From assembly GCA_029211065.1 (NCBI GenBank), contig JARGFK010000003.1:29111-93110 (forward strand): DNA of 64,000 nt, written 5' to 3'. Source of the DNA: Desulfobacterales bacterium (GTDB lineage: Bacteria; Desulfobacterota; Desulfobacteria; Desulfobacterales; JARGFK01). How positions within the stretch are numbered: the stretch's first letter is position 1; each line of letters starts with the position of its first letter. Below are positions 1 through 10,161 of this stretch, one piece after another. The position numbers were made by a program, and so were the translations under genes. The notes beneath the pieces are model-generated. The model saw only the letters and a list, made by a program, of their open reading frames with translations, was not told the origin of the DNA and searched no databases.

Positions 1-1869
1 CGCTTCCAGGGATCCCCAGCGGCTTTGAATCCGGACGACATCTTCCTGTTCGAGCCCATATTGTTTCAGCGTTACCGGATGCATGCGCACCGGTGTCTGC
101 CATGCGATCTGGGTCAGGGAATCCGGAATTTCACAAAGCCAGGGCTTATTGGCGCCCCGGCCGTCATAAAACCGTATGGAGGGTGCGGCCATAAACGTGA
201 GTTCTGATTCAGGGATGGTCGAGAGTCCCGTAAAATCTTCAACCAGCGGTTTTCCGAGCCTTGGTTGCACATATCCGGTCCGGGAGGGCGGACTGAAATG
301 GCCGCCGGCGCTTAAGGCCAGTACCCAGTCGTTCAGGTTTTTGGCAAGCCGCTTTTCTAAAAAAGAGGTGTAAAGATACGCTTTATAGCTTGATTCAGGC
401 CCGGGATTAGCTTCTTTTGGAAAAGAAAAATTTAAAAAGACGTCGCCCAGATGCGGTGCTTCCGTCAACCTTCCCATGGCCGGTTGAAGCGTGGAAACGA
501 CGCCATGCTTTCCGGAATATTCATCCCAGGTTTCCAGGGGAAGGCGGACCGGAAAGATCAGATCGGCCAATTGCGTGGTTTCATCCATAAAATTGGAAAA
601 GCTGACGACAAAAAGGGAATCCTTTTGGAGTATGGCGTCAATGTTGTGTTGGGGCGGCAGGGAGAATGCCGGATTCACATTGTTTAACAGCAGCAGTTCG
701 ATTGCTCCGGTATCCATGGCATTGAAAAACTTTAATACCGCTTCCCGGCTGTGGGCGATTTCTATGGTGTGGCGATTGATAAAATCAAAAAGTTCCAGCT
801 CCGGATTCAGGACCAGGTTCAGCAGGTTGACCGCCATGTTGGCCTGAAGGCTGTTTTTGGCAAGGGACCCGGAACCGGTGCCGAGTATCAGCGGCCGGTG
901 TGACTTTAACAAATGGTTCAGCAGCTGCAGGTATTGTTCAGGGGTAATGCCGGCAAGCTGCGCTGCGCTCTCTTTGGTAAAAGGCAATGCCGCCTTATTA
1001 ATGGCGGCGCGAAGATCTTCAGGCAGCTTCTTGCCCTTGCCCTGCATCATGCTTTCATTCACAAGGCTCAAGGCCAGGGCGGCTTAGCCGCCGGGGTTGC
1101 AGGGGAGCCAAACATCGGCATTGGCCCCGGTCAGGGATTGATACGGGCTGATGTGATAAAAAAGGTTTTTACGGCCGTTTTTAACTGAATGCATTTGTTT
1201 GAATTTGGCGCCGTATTCAACCGGAGACAGCCAGGTTTCAAGAAAGTCGGCGCCAAAGGAAAGCAGAAAATCGGCCCTTTCCATGCGGTAAGAGACCAAT
1301 CCTTCAACCCCCAGGACACGATCATTGGCGGCTTTCAGGGACTCATAGGAAAAGGGTTCAAACACCAGCGGATGCGGGGAGTTCCATTTTTCGAGAGTAT
1401 TGCTAAAAAGCGACAGCAGGCTTTCTCCCACCATTTCCGTGAGCATTCCGATGCGGTTCCGGCCCTTTTGGGCCGCGGTATCGGCCTTTTCTTTTAATAG
1501 GTCCTGGGCCGCTGCAAATGAAATTGGACGCCAATCATTGTTTTCTTTCAGCAGGGGGGTTTTGATCCGGTCCGGGTTGTAGATTCCCTGAAGGGCCGCC
1601 TGACCCCGCAGGCAGAGCTTACCGCGGTTGATGGGATGGTGCGGGTTGCCTTCGATCTTGACGAGGCGGCCTTTTCTGTTTTTGGCGAGAATGCCGCAGC
1701 CGGCCGGACACTCCCGGCAGGTGGACGCATACCAGGTCGGTTTCCCAATGACCATGTCGTCAGGGGCCTGGACCAGGGCATATAGTGATTTTTCAGGCTC
1801 GGAAGAACAGCCGGCCGCGATCGATACACTGCATAGTCCGGCTATTTTTAGGAATGTTCTCCGTTTCAT
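1..1869 (-). pseudogene. Molybdopterin (MopB-family) oxidoreductase with a Tat/lipoprotein-type N-terminus and an N-terminal 4Fe-4S Cys motif. The frame is interrupted by an in-frame TAA at 1084-1086. The 3' end lies beyond the window start.
   Basis: ORF 1084..1995 contains MKRRTFLKIAGL (twin-Arg), an AGCSS lipobox-like site and CRECPAGCG...C. I checked triplet by triplet that the same minus frame stays open from 1083 to 1. It reads ...DVWLPCNPGG*AALALSLVNESMMQGK..., so the stop sits in the conserved PG-x-[DE]-AAlal segment. Start taken at ATG 1869. Confidence 0.75.
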
Positions 1870-2152
1870 TGCGGGAAATGCTTTCCGGTCTGATAAAAAA
1901 ATTGATAATAAAAAAGCTGAAATCTTGGAAGGTGGCCCATGTATCGATTGCCTTTTAAGCATTTTCATTATATTGAATCTATTGCAGATTGTCAATCCTG
2001 CTATTCAGCTGATGTGATGTTGAAAAATCAAAAAACCACCGAAAATCCAAATCAAGGCTGATTTTTTTGGGTCTTCGGAAACTTACTGCTGTCACGGGCA
2101 TTTTAAGGCATTTTTCAACCGGGAGTTGCCGTATTTAAGGAGGGAGGAAAGG

Positions 2153-2446
2153 ATGAGTGTGATTATTGAATTTTCAATTTTTCCCCTGGACAAGGGGGTC
2201 AGTTTAAGTCCCTATGTCGCCAGGGCGGTTAAAATGGTTAAAAAGAGCGGGCTGCCGTATCGGTTCGGACCCATGAGCACGAGTATCGAAGGGGAATGGG
2301 AAGAAGCCATGGCCGTGGTCAATCAGTGTTTTGGAGAATTGAAAAAAGACTGCAGCCGAATCAGTTTGAGTTTAAGGGTCGATTACCGACAAGGCGCCGG
2401 CGACCGGTTAAACGGCAAAATAAAGTCGGTTGAGGATAAACTGTAA
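2153..2446 (+). CDS. MTH1187/YkoF-family (UPF0045, DUF77) small thiamine-binding-type protein
   Basis: MSVIIEFSIFPLDKG..SLSPYVA..GLPYRFGPMSTSIEGEWEE matches the family signature as I remember it. ATG at 2153 is preceded by AGGAGGGAGGAAAGG. The track ORF starts at an upstream TTG (2126). Confidence 0.7.
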   Translation: MSVIIEFSIFPLDKGVSLSPYVARAVKMVKKSGLPYRFGPMSTSIEGEWEEAMAVVNQCFGELKKDCSRISLSLRVDYRQGAGDRLNGKIKSVEDKL

Positions 2447-2562
2447 AAAGAATAGGGCTTGAAGCGCACGGCGCAAGGCACACGGCGCCGGAAAAGGGGC
2501 GGTTGGCAAGACAACGGTTCAACCGGGAGGCCGGGAAGTCGAGAAGCGACCATAAAAGGTCT

Positions 2563-3459
2563 CTAAAATTTAATTTGCAGCGAGGGTATCCGGCGATATA
2601 GCGCCAATACGGATTGCTCTTTGTTTTTGACCTCCAGCATGATGTCCAGGGGCAGGTGTTGGATGCGGCGATAAAATCGTTTAAATCCGGTCACATTGAT
2701 GTTTTCGGAATGACTGCCCACGGGCCCTCCCTTTTTCTGATCGGAATAATGAATTTTTTGGGGGCCGTCCTGGGGCTGCCAGGTCGAAGCGATTGATTCC
2801 AGGATCCGAAGCAGTCCCAGTTTTTGAAGGGAGGGGTTGCAGCGGTGATGGAAGACATCCAGTATCATCGGAACCTGAAGCTCCCTGGCCACGGTCAAGG
2901 TGTCCGCGACTGTATAATTTTTTTCGTCATTTTCTATGACCAGTCGTTTCTGGACCGATAAGGACAGTTTCTCAAAATTCCGGACGAACCGTTTCATTCC
3001 GTTTTTTTTGTCGCCATATGTACCGCCCAGATGCAGGATGATTTTATGCGCTGCATCCAGGGAAAACGCGTCCATCAGTCTGGCATGATATTCCAGCTCG
3101 GCGATACTTGCGGCGACCACCGTTTCCCGGATTGAATTCAGGACAGTATACTGCCCGGGGTGCATGGAAACCCGCATTTTGTATTTAGCAATCAGGCGGC
3201 CCAGTTCGGAAGATTCGGTTTTTAGCAATCGTCGCCACGGCAGCCGGTTAACCGGGTGGGAGCCAAAAGGAATGGTTTCAGAGGAAATACGAAACAGCCC
3301 GATCCCCTTGTCCCGGTTCCAGAGTAGAATTTGTTTGAGGGCGCTCAGGTTCCGGCGGGACAGGCTCAAGATGTTTTCTTCGGATGCATTTTTTAACCGG
3401 CAGGTTCTACCGGCAGAGGGGAGCTGCGTGTTGATACAGGCGTATCCGAGTCTGATCAT
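2563..3459 (-). CDS. uvsE: UV damage endonuclease (UvdE/UvsE family)
   Basis: 298 aa. MIRLGYACIN.., FRISSETIPFGSH, HPGQYTVLNS, HLGG, VIENDEK and LDVFHH are the typical UVDE TIM-barrel motifs. Confidence 0.85.
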   Translation of the reverse strand: MIRLGYACINTQLPSAGRTCRLKNASEENILSLSRRNLSALKQILLWNRDKGIGLFRISSETIPFGSHPVNRLPWRRLLKTESSELGRLIAKYKMRVSMHPGQYTVLNSIRETVVAASIAELEYHARLMDAFSLDAAHKIILHLGGTYGDKKNGMKRFVRNFEKLSLSVQKRLVIENDEKNYTVADTLTVARELQVPMILDVFHHRCNPSLQKLGLLRILESIASTWQPQDGPQKIHYSDQKKGGPVGSHSENINVTGFKRFYRRIQHLPLDIMLEVKNKEQSVLALYRRIPSLQIKF

Positions 3460-3513
3460 TTAGAACGCTCAATCATATTTTTACCGGCAAACGATTTTTA
3501 AGCTTGAACGCTG

Positions 3514-3918
3514 CTAACGTGGTTTTTTAAAAGTCAGAAAAAGTTTGTTGTTTTTGCCGTCAACTTCAAGTCCATTATCATTCCAGTCGAAAATTCTGCA
3601 GGCGTCGGTTTGCCCGGTGGGAACCGAGCAGGCAATAAAGGGCATCAGGGGATCGCCGGCGATGGATTTGAAGTTTATGATCATTGCCTCTGTTTCGGGT
3701 GTTTTTTCGAATTCGAGGAGTTCAACAAAATAGATGGAACAGTCGCCTTCAAAGAAACCGCTGATTTCTCTTTGCTTTTGAATGCGTTCTTTGAACAGCC
3801 CAATGGCGGCGCTGCGGGTTTCGGCCTGGACGATCAGATTGAATTCACCGTGTCGGCGTTCCGACTCCGATGCTTCTTCCTGGTTGGTCTGGTGCAGAAA
3901 ATTTCCAATATAAATCAT
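3514..3918 (-). CDS. Hypothetical cytoplasmic protein
   Basis: ORF with AGGAG 8 nt upstream of ATG 3918. No recognisable motif. Confidence 0.45.
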   Translation of the reverse strand: MIYIGNFLHQTNQEEASESERRHGEFNLIVQAETRSAAIGLFKERIQKQREISGFFEGDCSIYFVELLEFEKTPETEAMIINFKSIAGDPLMPFIACSVPTGQTDACRIFDWNDNGLEVDGKNNKLFLTFKKPR

Positions 3919-4122
3919 AGATTTTCTCCTCATGTGATTTTGGCATAACGGAGGGGTCAATAGTATGGGGCGCCTTTAACATCAACCCGGTGGCAACGCT
4001 TTCAAAAAACTGTTAAATTTATAACATAGTTCCGGCGGTTGGACAACTCAATTTCTGTAGATCAGTTTGCCTTTGTTTTGTGGATAATTTCGAATTATTT
4101 TACCCTAACTGGAGTTTTTAGC

Positions 4123-4653
4123 ATGAACCCAATAATAAAACGGATGTGCATTTTGTTCATTATTCTTTCGCTTGCCGGGCTGCCGACCGTGACGGTCGGT
4201 GGTGAAACAGAAAAAGGGTACAAAGCCCGGGTGCGGCTTTCGGTAATTGCTGCCGAAAAGGTCAGCGGGCTGATCAGCAGCTTTATGACGATCGATTTAA
4301 GAAAGCTGGGGGATGTCGTCATAACGGACATGGACCCCGACTGGCATCTTGCGGTTACGGGGGTGGAATTGCATGCCGACGGCAAACGGACCGGTGTGGC
4401 CGTTTCGACCGTCATTATGGCGCCGGTTCGGGAAGCCGATGCAAAATCTATCATCACGGTTCTTGAAAAAGAGGGGTCGCTGCCGGCAGCGCTGCAGAAA
4501 TTCAAATCGAAGCAACTGGTTGAAGTTAAAAGCAGCTGGCTGCGGGCAGATGCCGATACCGCCTTAAGAGAATTATGCCGGGGGATCATAGCCGATTTTG
4601 ATGCCGAGTATCTTCAGCCCGGGCGGAAGAATGTTCAGCACCGTAATCAGTGA
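4123..4653 (+). CDS. Hypothetical secreted protein
   Basis: Starts MNPIIKRMCILFIILSLAGLPTVTVGG, which looks like a signal peptide. No family recognised. Confidence 0.45.
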   Translation: MNPIIKRMCILFIILSLAGLPTVTVGGETEKGYKARVRLSVIAAEKVSGLISSFMTIDLRKLGDVVITDMDPDWHLAVTGVELHADGKRTGVAVSTVIMAPVREADAKSIITVLEKEGSLPAALQKFKSKQLVEVKSSWLRADADTALRELCRGIIADFDAEYLQPGRKNVQHRNQ

Positions 4654-4952
4654 TATGAACATTGAAGACAAATGTTCAGTCTTAAATCATAAGTTGCCTT
4701 GGGGCGAAATGGATGCAACCGGCCGGCTCAAAACCAAAGAAGGCGTCCGGCAATTTTGTTATTGACGGCCATGCCCATTTGTAGATATATTGTAGCTATA
4801 AATGCAGGCTGCCCTTTTTGACTTTCCTCAACATCTTCGTAAAGTGCATTTACAGTGAGCGTTTCTAATATTTCCGATTAAGGCACGCTGCCCAATAGCC
4901 GGCAGGGGCTTTGTTAAGTACAACACGTTAAACTATCAAAAATGGGGGGACT

Positions 4953-5951
4953 ATGAGAAAACTGACACTGATTATTTCGCTGGTCTTGATGATGACGCTG
5001 ACCGTTGCATCCGCAAGTTACGCCAAACCTTTCTATGATGGAAAGGTTATAACAATAATTGTCACCACCAAACCGGGGGGCGGTTACGACTGGTATGGAC
5101 GCCTGGTTGCCCAATACATGAAGAAATACCTTCCGGGTAGCACCTTTATTGTTAAAAACATCCCCGGCGGCGGGCATATCATCGGCGTCAATACATTGTA
5201 CAAAGCAAAGCCCGACGGGTTGACCCTTGGAACGTTCAACCGCGCTGTCGGTCTTACCCAGGTGGTGGGCTCAAAAGGCGTTAAATTCGATTTTGCCAAG
5301 TTGAGCTGGCTGGGGTCGCCCTGCAGCGAACTGTATGCCTATATCGTCAATCCGAAAATGTTCAAGAATATTGATGAGGTCCTCAAGGCCGATAAAATTC
5401 GTCTGGCTGCCGAGGGGTTGGGAGCGGTCTCGTACGTCAATCCCCTGATGATGTATCAGGCCCTGGAAAAGGACAATTTTCAGATTTCAACGGGTTATTC
5501 CGGAGCTGAAATGGAAATGGCGCTGATCCGCGGCGAAGCCGACGGTATCTGGGGTTCGGTCGGGAGCCGGATGGCGCTCTTCGAGAGTGGCGACGGCCGC
5601 GCGGTGGTCTTGGTGGGCCGGCAGAAACCGGAGCAATTAAAAGATGTGCCGTTTATTGAAGAAGTTTTAACAAAACCGGAGCAGAAGCCTGTTGCAAAAC
5701 TCCTTCGCGGCATCCAGCTGGTGGGGCGTCCGTTTGCCGCTCCTCCGGGCATGCCTGAGGACCGCCTGAAAATACTGCGGGAAGCTTTTGAAAAAGCCTG
5801 CAAGGATCCGGAAGCGGTTGCCCTGGCCCAAAAGGCCGACAAACCGATGGATTTCGTCGATGCGAAAGAGGTCGAAGATTGGGCCAAGGGGCACTTTGAA
5901 CTGTCTCCGAACATCGTGGCGAAACTCAAGGAAGCATATGGGATGAAATAA
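4953..5951 (+). CDS. Tripartite tricarboxylate transporter substrate-binding protein (TctC/Bug family). It is an orphan: no tctAB is adjacent.
   Basis: Signal peptide, then FYDGKVITIIV..KPGGGYDWYGRLVAQ...KNIPGGGH..G, typical of Bug/TctC. Confidence 0.8.
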   Translation: MRKLTLIISLVLMMTLTVASASYAKPFYDGKVITIIVTTKPGGGYDWYGRLVAQYMKKYLPGSTFIVKNIPGGGHIIGVNTLYKAKPDGLTLGTFNRAVGLTQVVGSKGVKFDFAKLSWLGSPCSELYAYIVNPKMFKNIDEVLKADKIRLAAEGLGAVSYVNPLMMYQALEKDNFQISTGYSGAEMEMALIRGEADGIWGSVGSRMALFESGDGRAVVLVGRQKPEQLKDVPFIEEVLTKPEQKPVAKLLRGIQLVGRPFAAPPGMPEDRLKILREAFEKACKDPEAVALAQKADKPMDFVDAKEVEDWAKGHFELSPNIVAKLKEAYGMK

Positions 5952-6007
5952 CTTTTTGTAAAGTTCTTTAGGGGATTTCACAGGTATTTTGTTGAAGACC
6001 TTATAAA

Positions 6008-6052
6008 AACAAAAAAAGCAAGGCAACGTTAGTCTGTTGCCTTGCTTTTTTT
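6008..6052. terminator. Bidirectional rho-independent terminator between convergent genes
   Basis: A-run, then stem AGCAAGGCAAC (6017-6027), 8-nt loop, stem GTTGCCTTGCT (6036-6046), then T-run. Confidence 0.85.
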
Positions 6053-6073
6053 GTTCCTTGAAATCCTTTCGAT

Positions 6074-7351
6074 TCAGGTTTTGCTGAAAATTTCAGTTAA
6101 TCCAAGTTTGTTCACCCGCTGTGCAACCTCTCGCGTATCTGTTGAATAGAGGCCTTTCAGCTTCATACGATCCAGGAACACGGACCCGGAAAAGGTGTAT
6201 TTTAAGCCGAGACCCGCCTCGGTTTTCATCTGGGACCGAACATACTGAATGGCGTCGCCGACCGCCAGTGCAGGCGGCAGGATCAGGGGCTTTTCCCCCT
6301 TGATATATTTTACGGCATTGTAACCGGCCAGGGTGCCGGTACAGATCGCTTCGGTGTGCCCCACCAGCAGCCCGGCCTTTTCTCCGCCGCAGAACAGATT
6401 CTGAATGCCTTCCACTTTGAGGCTGTCGTCCCGGGGGGACATGCCGAAATAGCGGACTGAATTTCCCAGTCCGCCGGCGTAGGGATCTTCATAGCGGGCG
6501 TTTTCAAATCCGGAGATTTCCCGAAGCGCGTCCAGGGGAAAGAAGGGAGACATCAGCTTGGCATGACCGGTATCCAGCAGGACAATGTTGTTCTCAAACT
6601 CCGGCAGCGCATATTGCTGGCAGGCTTTCAGGTTGAGCTTGCCCCTGATGATTTTGGACGGGGGAATGGGAATGACGGCCACGCCCGTTTTGTTCAATTC
6701 ATTCCGGATTTCGGTTGAAAGCGATTCTTTCAGCAATTTACAAGAACCGCTCATGGCGCCGACCTGGTCGCCCTTTCGGCCGATCATCTCCTTTACACCG
6801 GCCTGGGCGGCCAGACTGACGCGGCCGCCAAAAGCATGACAGCGCAAGATACACATGGCACAGCCATTGCCGTACTTGCTGCAATTGGCCGGCGGACCGG
6901 CGGTGCCGGTGGTGTCGATAAAAACATCTCCGGCAAAGGAGAGCGCTTCCTTATTGCATTTGCCGATGATTTTTTTAATTTGACCGCCCGAAATCTCCAC
7001 ATCGGTAATGCGGGTGGAAAGCTGAAGCGTGATGTTGCTTTCCAGCAGAAAGCGCCGGATGATCGGCTCCATGGTGGCCACATTGTACAGCGAAGCATGC
7101 CGGTGCCCCGGGAAATCAAAGTTTCGGTGAAGGGAATTGCGGTCGGTCAGTTGAAAGATCTCGCCGCCGCCCATGGCGATCATTTCCTCTGTGGCCGTGT
7201 AGCGGCCGTTGTTGCGCATAATGCCGCCCACCAGACCGGTCCCCAGCAGCATGTCGGTCCGTTCGACCAGCGTAACCTGGGCCCCTTGCTTTTGGGCTGA
7301 AAGGGCGGCCGCACAACCGGACCAGCCTCCGCCCACGATGATGACTTTCAT
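6074..7351 (-). CDS. FAD-dependent oxidoreductase (GidA/TrmFO-like fold, Cys-rich insert)
   Basis: MKVIIVGGGWSGCAAAL..VTLVER dinucleotide-binding motif, CAMCILRC motif and C-terminal GGEKAG. Confidence 0.7.
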   Translation of the reverse strand: MKVIIVGGGWSGCAAALSAQKQGAQVTLVERTDMLLGTGLVGGIMRNNGRYTATEEMIAMGGGEIFQLTDRNSLHRNFDFPGHRHASLYNVATMEPIIRRFLLESNITLQLSTRITDVEISGGQIKKIIGKCNKEALSFAGDVFIDTTGTAGPPANCSKYGNGCAMCILRCHAFGGRVSLAAQAGVKEMIGRKGDQVGAMSGSCKLLKESLSTEIRNELNKTGVAVIPIPPSKIIRGKLNLKACQQYALPEFENNIVLLDTGHAKLMSPFFPLDALREISGFENARYEDPYAGGLGNSVRYFGMSPRDDSLKVEGIQNLFCGGEKAGLLVGHTEAICTGTLAGYNAVKYIKGEKPLILPPALAVGDAIQYVRSQMKTEAGLGLKYTFSGSVFLDRMKLKGLYSTDTREVAQRVNKLGLTEIFSKT

Positions 7352-7833
7352 AACTGTGACTCCTTGTGAAATGAATACGCCTTTTTAGAGCACCCCCAAG
7401 CTCGTGTCAAGGGCATTTAACAGGCGGTTGATAAACTGCGCCTGATGCCGCCATGCGGCGTTGAGCGGCTCTTGTCAATGCCCACATATGTGCGAAATTG
7501 CTGCGCTTGTCGACCTGATTCTTGTTTCTCAACGGCCTGTTAAAGCCAATCAAAACGCATTGAAAAACAGGTGTCTGTGCGTGCAAGTCCGGCCTGCCGG
7601 TGGCAAGCGAAAGGCAGACCACTGAAATCGCTTGACATTGAATCGGCAAATATTTAATTTTAATTGCTAAATTTGGATCGTCACCAAACCCGAACATGTT
7701 TAGACGTGAACGAAAGCCGCCGTATGTTTCATTAGATGAACCACCCAATCGATCCTGGCCCGGCATTTGATTTTGTCGTTGAGAACCACCTGCCGGCGTC
7801 TCAGCGGCAGCGGAAAAAAGAGAGGAGGGTGTC

Positions 7834-8878
7834 ATGAAAGACAAGATGCGTATCATGAGCGAAAAGCCTCTCAACGCAGAGACCGCGAATGAATACCTGC
7901 GCTCCTGGATCACGGCCAATTCCGTCTTCTTTGATCGCAATCAAAGCGATATCATGGAGAGGCCGGTAGCACTCGACGATTGGGAACTTACCGTCACGGG
8001 AGAAGTATCTCAGGAAACCCGGTTCAGTTTCGGTCAGATTTTAAAGATGCCGAAAGCCATCGTAGCGGATACGCTGGAATGCTCCGGCAACAGCCGCTCG
8101 CTATTAAAAGAAAAGGCCCGGGGAAACCCCTGGACCATAGGGGGGGGTCGGAAATGCGGTCTGGGGCGGCGTATGGTTAAAAGACATCCTGGAAAAGGCC
8201 GGAATTAAAGAGACAGCCAAGCATATCGGGTTTGAAGGGTTTGACAAGCCGCTGGGTTCCGCCGGGATTAAATTTATCCGCATCATACCGCTGGATAAGG
8301 CCATGCCTTCCACCATCCTGGCCTATGAAATGAATGGCGAACCGCTGCCGGTCAAGCACGGGTTTCCCTTGAGGGGGCTGGCGTTGGGATGGACCGGCGC
8401 CAATTGCGTCAAATGGCTCCATAAGATAATGGTAATGGCCCAGCCCTATAAAGGGTTTTTCATGGATAATGTCTACCGGGTTTTTCAGAAAGACGAAGAT
8501 CCCAAGACCGGTCAGGTGGTTACGGGGATTAAAATAAAGTCCATCATTACCCAGCCCGGCAAAGACGAAACCCTCTCCCCGGGTCCGGTTGTGGTCCTGG
8601 GGGCTGCCTTTGCGGGAGAAATCGATATCGAGCGCGTTGATATTTCAACGGACAACGGCCAAACCTGGGCGCCGGCAGCCTTCATCGGTCCCCATGAACC
8701 GTTTGCCTGGAGGCAGTGGCAATACGTCTGGGACGTAAAAGAGCGGGGGGATTATACCCTTATGGCCAGGGCAATGGATGTCAATGGCAATCAACAGCCC
8801 ATGAACTCTTCCTGGAATGTTCTGGGTTATGGAACCAATGGCGTCGAAGAGCATGCCGTCGCCGTCCATATTACCTGA
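7834..8878 (+). pseudogene. Sulfite-oxidase-family molybdopterin oxidoreductase split by a +1 frameshift in a run of 8 G (8140-8147)
   Basis: ORF 7834..8208 reads ..TLECSGNSR..GNPWTIGG and then turns to nonsense. Removing one G gives TIGGVGNAVWGGVWLKDILEKAGIKETAKHIGFEGFDKPLGSAGIKFIRIIPLDKAMPSTILAYEMNGEPLP. That joins ORF 8303..8878, which encodes the Moco and dimerisation domains. RBS GAGAGGAGGG lies before ATG 7834. Confidence 0.8.
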
Positions 8879-8919
8879 AACGGCCGATATCGGTTATAGT
8901 GAAAGGGGTGATCACAATC

Positions 8920-9549
8920 ATGGAACAGGCAGGATTAAATAAAAAATGGCGACTGGTGCTTTTATGCCTGGGGCTGGCATTATTTTTGATAAGCGGCTGC
9001 GCCAAAACCGCAAAAGTGGTAAAGCCGGACAAGGCCGGCATTGATCCCGCATCCATCAAACCGGGCTTGGCGGTCCTTTACTTTGAGGGGTTCTACCGGC
9101 ATATCAACAAGATGCCCATTGGTGAAACCGCCCTGAAAGAAGGCAAACCGGGAAAGCCGATCCCTTATATAAACCATCGTTTCGGCGCCGGTCCGGTGTA
9201 TGACAGCGGGCTGAGCCGCGGGGTGGGGGTGCAGATGACCGGTTTTATCCGGTTCTCTTCGTCGGGCCGGTATCTGATGAAGGCAAAGTCCAATGACGGC
9301 ATTCGCATTTTTGTAAACAACGAAATGATTATTGATGATCCCCTCGTCCATTCGGGGGGGGACCGATTTTCCGGGGAAGCCTCGGTTAGCATAGATAAAC
9401 AGGGATGGTACGCTTTTTTCCTGCAGTATTTCCAGCGGAAAGGAACGTCCATGCTGGAACTTTACTGGCAATTGCCCGGCCAGGCCGATTTCAGTATCGT
9501 GCCGGCCGAGGCTTTCGGGCATATCCCGGAAACACCCAAAACCAAATGA
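8920..9549 (+). CDS. PA14-domain lipoprotein
   Basis: MEQAGLNKKWRLVLLCLGLALFLISGC lipobox. GLAVLYFEG...GVQMTGFIRF..GRYLMKAKSNDGIRIFVNNEMIID...YFQRKGTSMLELYW is PA14-like. Confidence 0.65.
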   Translation: MEQAGLNKKWRLVLLCLGLALFLISGCAKTAKVVKPDKAGIDPASIKPGLAVLYFEGFYRHINKMPIGETALKEGKPGKPIPYINHRFGAGPVYDSGLSRGVGVQMTGFIRFSSSGRYLMKAKSNDGIRIFVNNEMIIDDPLVHSGGDRFSGEASVSIDKQGWYAFFLQYFQRKGTSMLELYWQLPGQADFSIVPAEAFGHIPETPKTK

Positions 9550-9616
9550 TAAGATGCCGGAAAGTTACATGCAGGAACATTCAGTTGCCTAATATGGCTG
9601 GAAAGGAAAGAGATAC

Positions 9617-10072
9617 ATGTCACTTTTGGAAAAGTTAAAAACGGACCTTAAGGCCGCGATGATCAAAAAGGATAATGAGGCCAGAAACACCATCCGTCAG
9701 ATTATGTCGGAATTTCCCAGGCTGACGGTACCCCTGACGCTGGAAAGCGGCAAAAAGACCACGCGGCCCAAAAAGCCGGAAGAAATTACGGATGAAGATA
9801 TTCAGGACATTATCCGGACCCTGGTTAAATCCGAGAAAACCGTGCTTGAATTAACCGGGGGGGACAGTTCAGCGTACCTCGAAATATTAGAAACCTATCT
9901 CCCCCAGATGGCAAGCCGGGCCGAAATTGAAGACTGGATTGGAGCGAACATCGATTTTTCCAATTTCAAATCCCCCATGCAGGCCATGGGAACCATCATG
10001 AAGCACTTCGGCAAGCTCGCCGACGGCAACCTCGTCAAAGAGATCCTTCAAGAAAAGAGCAAGGGGAGTTAG
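9617..10072 (+). CDS. GatB/YqeY domain protein
   Basis: MSLLEKLKTDLKAAMIKKDNEARNTIRQI... plus the C-terminal MGTIMKHFGKLADG signature. Confidence 0.8.
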   Translation: MSLLEKLKTDLKAAMIKKDNEARNTIRQIMSEFPRLTVPLTLESGKKTTRPKKPEEITDEDIQDIIRTLVKSEKTVLELTGGDSSAYLEILETYLPQMASRAEIEDWIGANIDFSNFKSPMQAMGTIMKHFGKLADGNLVKEILQEKSKGS

Positions 10073-10161
10073 GCCCTGTCTGGTACGATCCTCTGAGAAC
10101 GTTCATTTTTTCATAAGCAATTTTAACGACAATCCGTCTGATAAAAAAGGATAATTCTGTC

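Noticed and set aside
1084-1086. Selenocysteine recoding of the in-frame stop in the molybdoenzyme
   Set aside because: The codon is TAA, not TGA, and it is not at the usual Sec/Cys Mo-ligand position.
7352-7833. 177-aa ORF 7407-7940 (-), and a possible Moco riboswitch in the long leader of the sulfite-oxidase-family gene
   Set aside because: The ORF has no motif or RBS and runs into the neighbouring gene start. I could not recognise the conserved Moco-RNA core by eye. An Infernal scan with the Rfam Moco model would decide.
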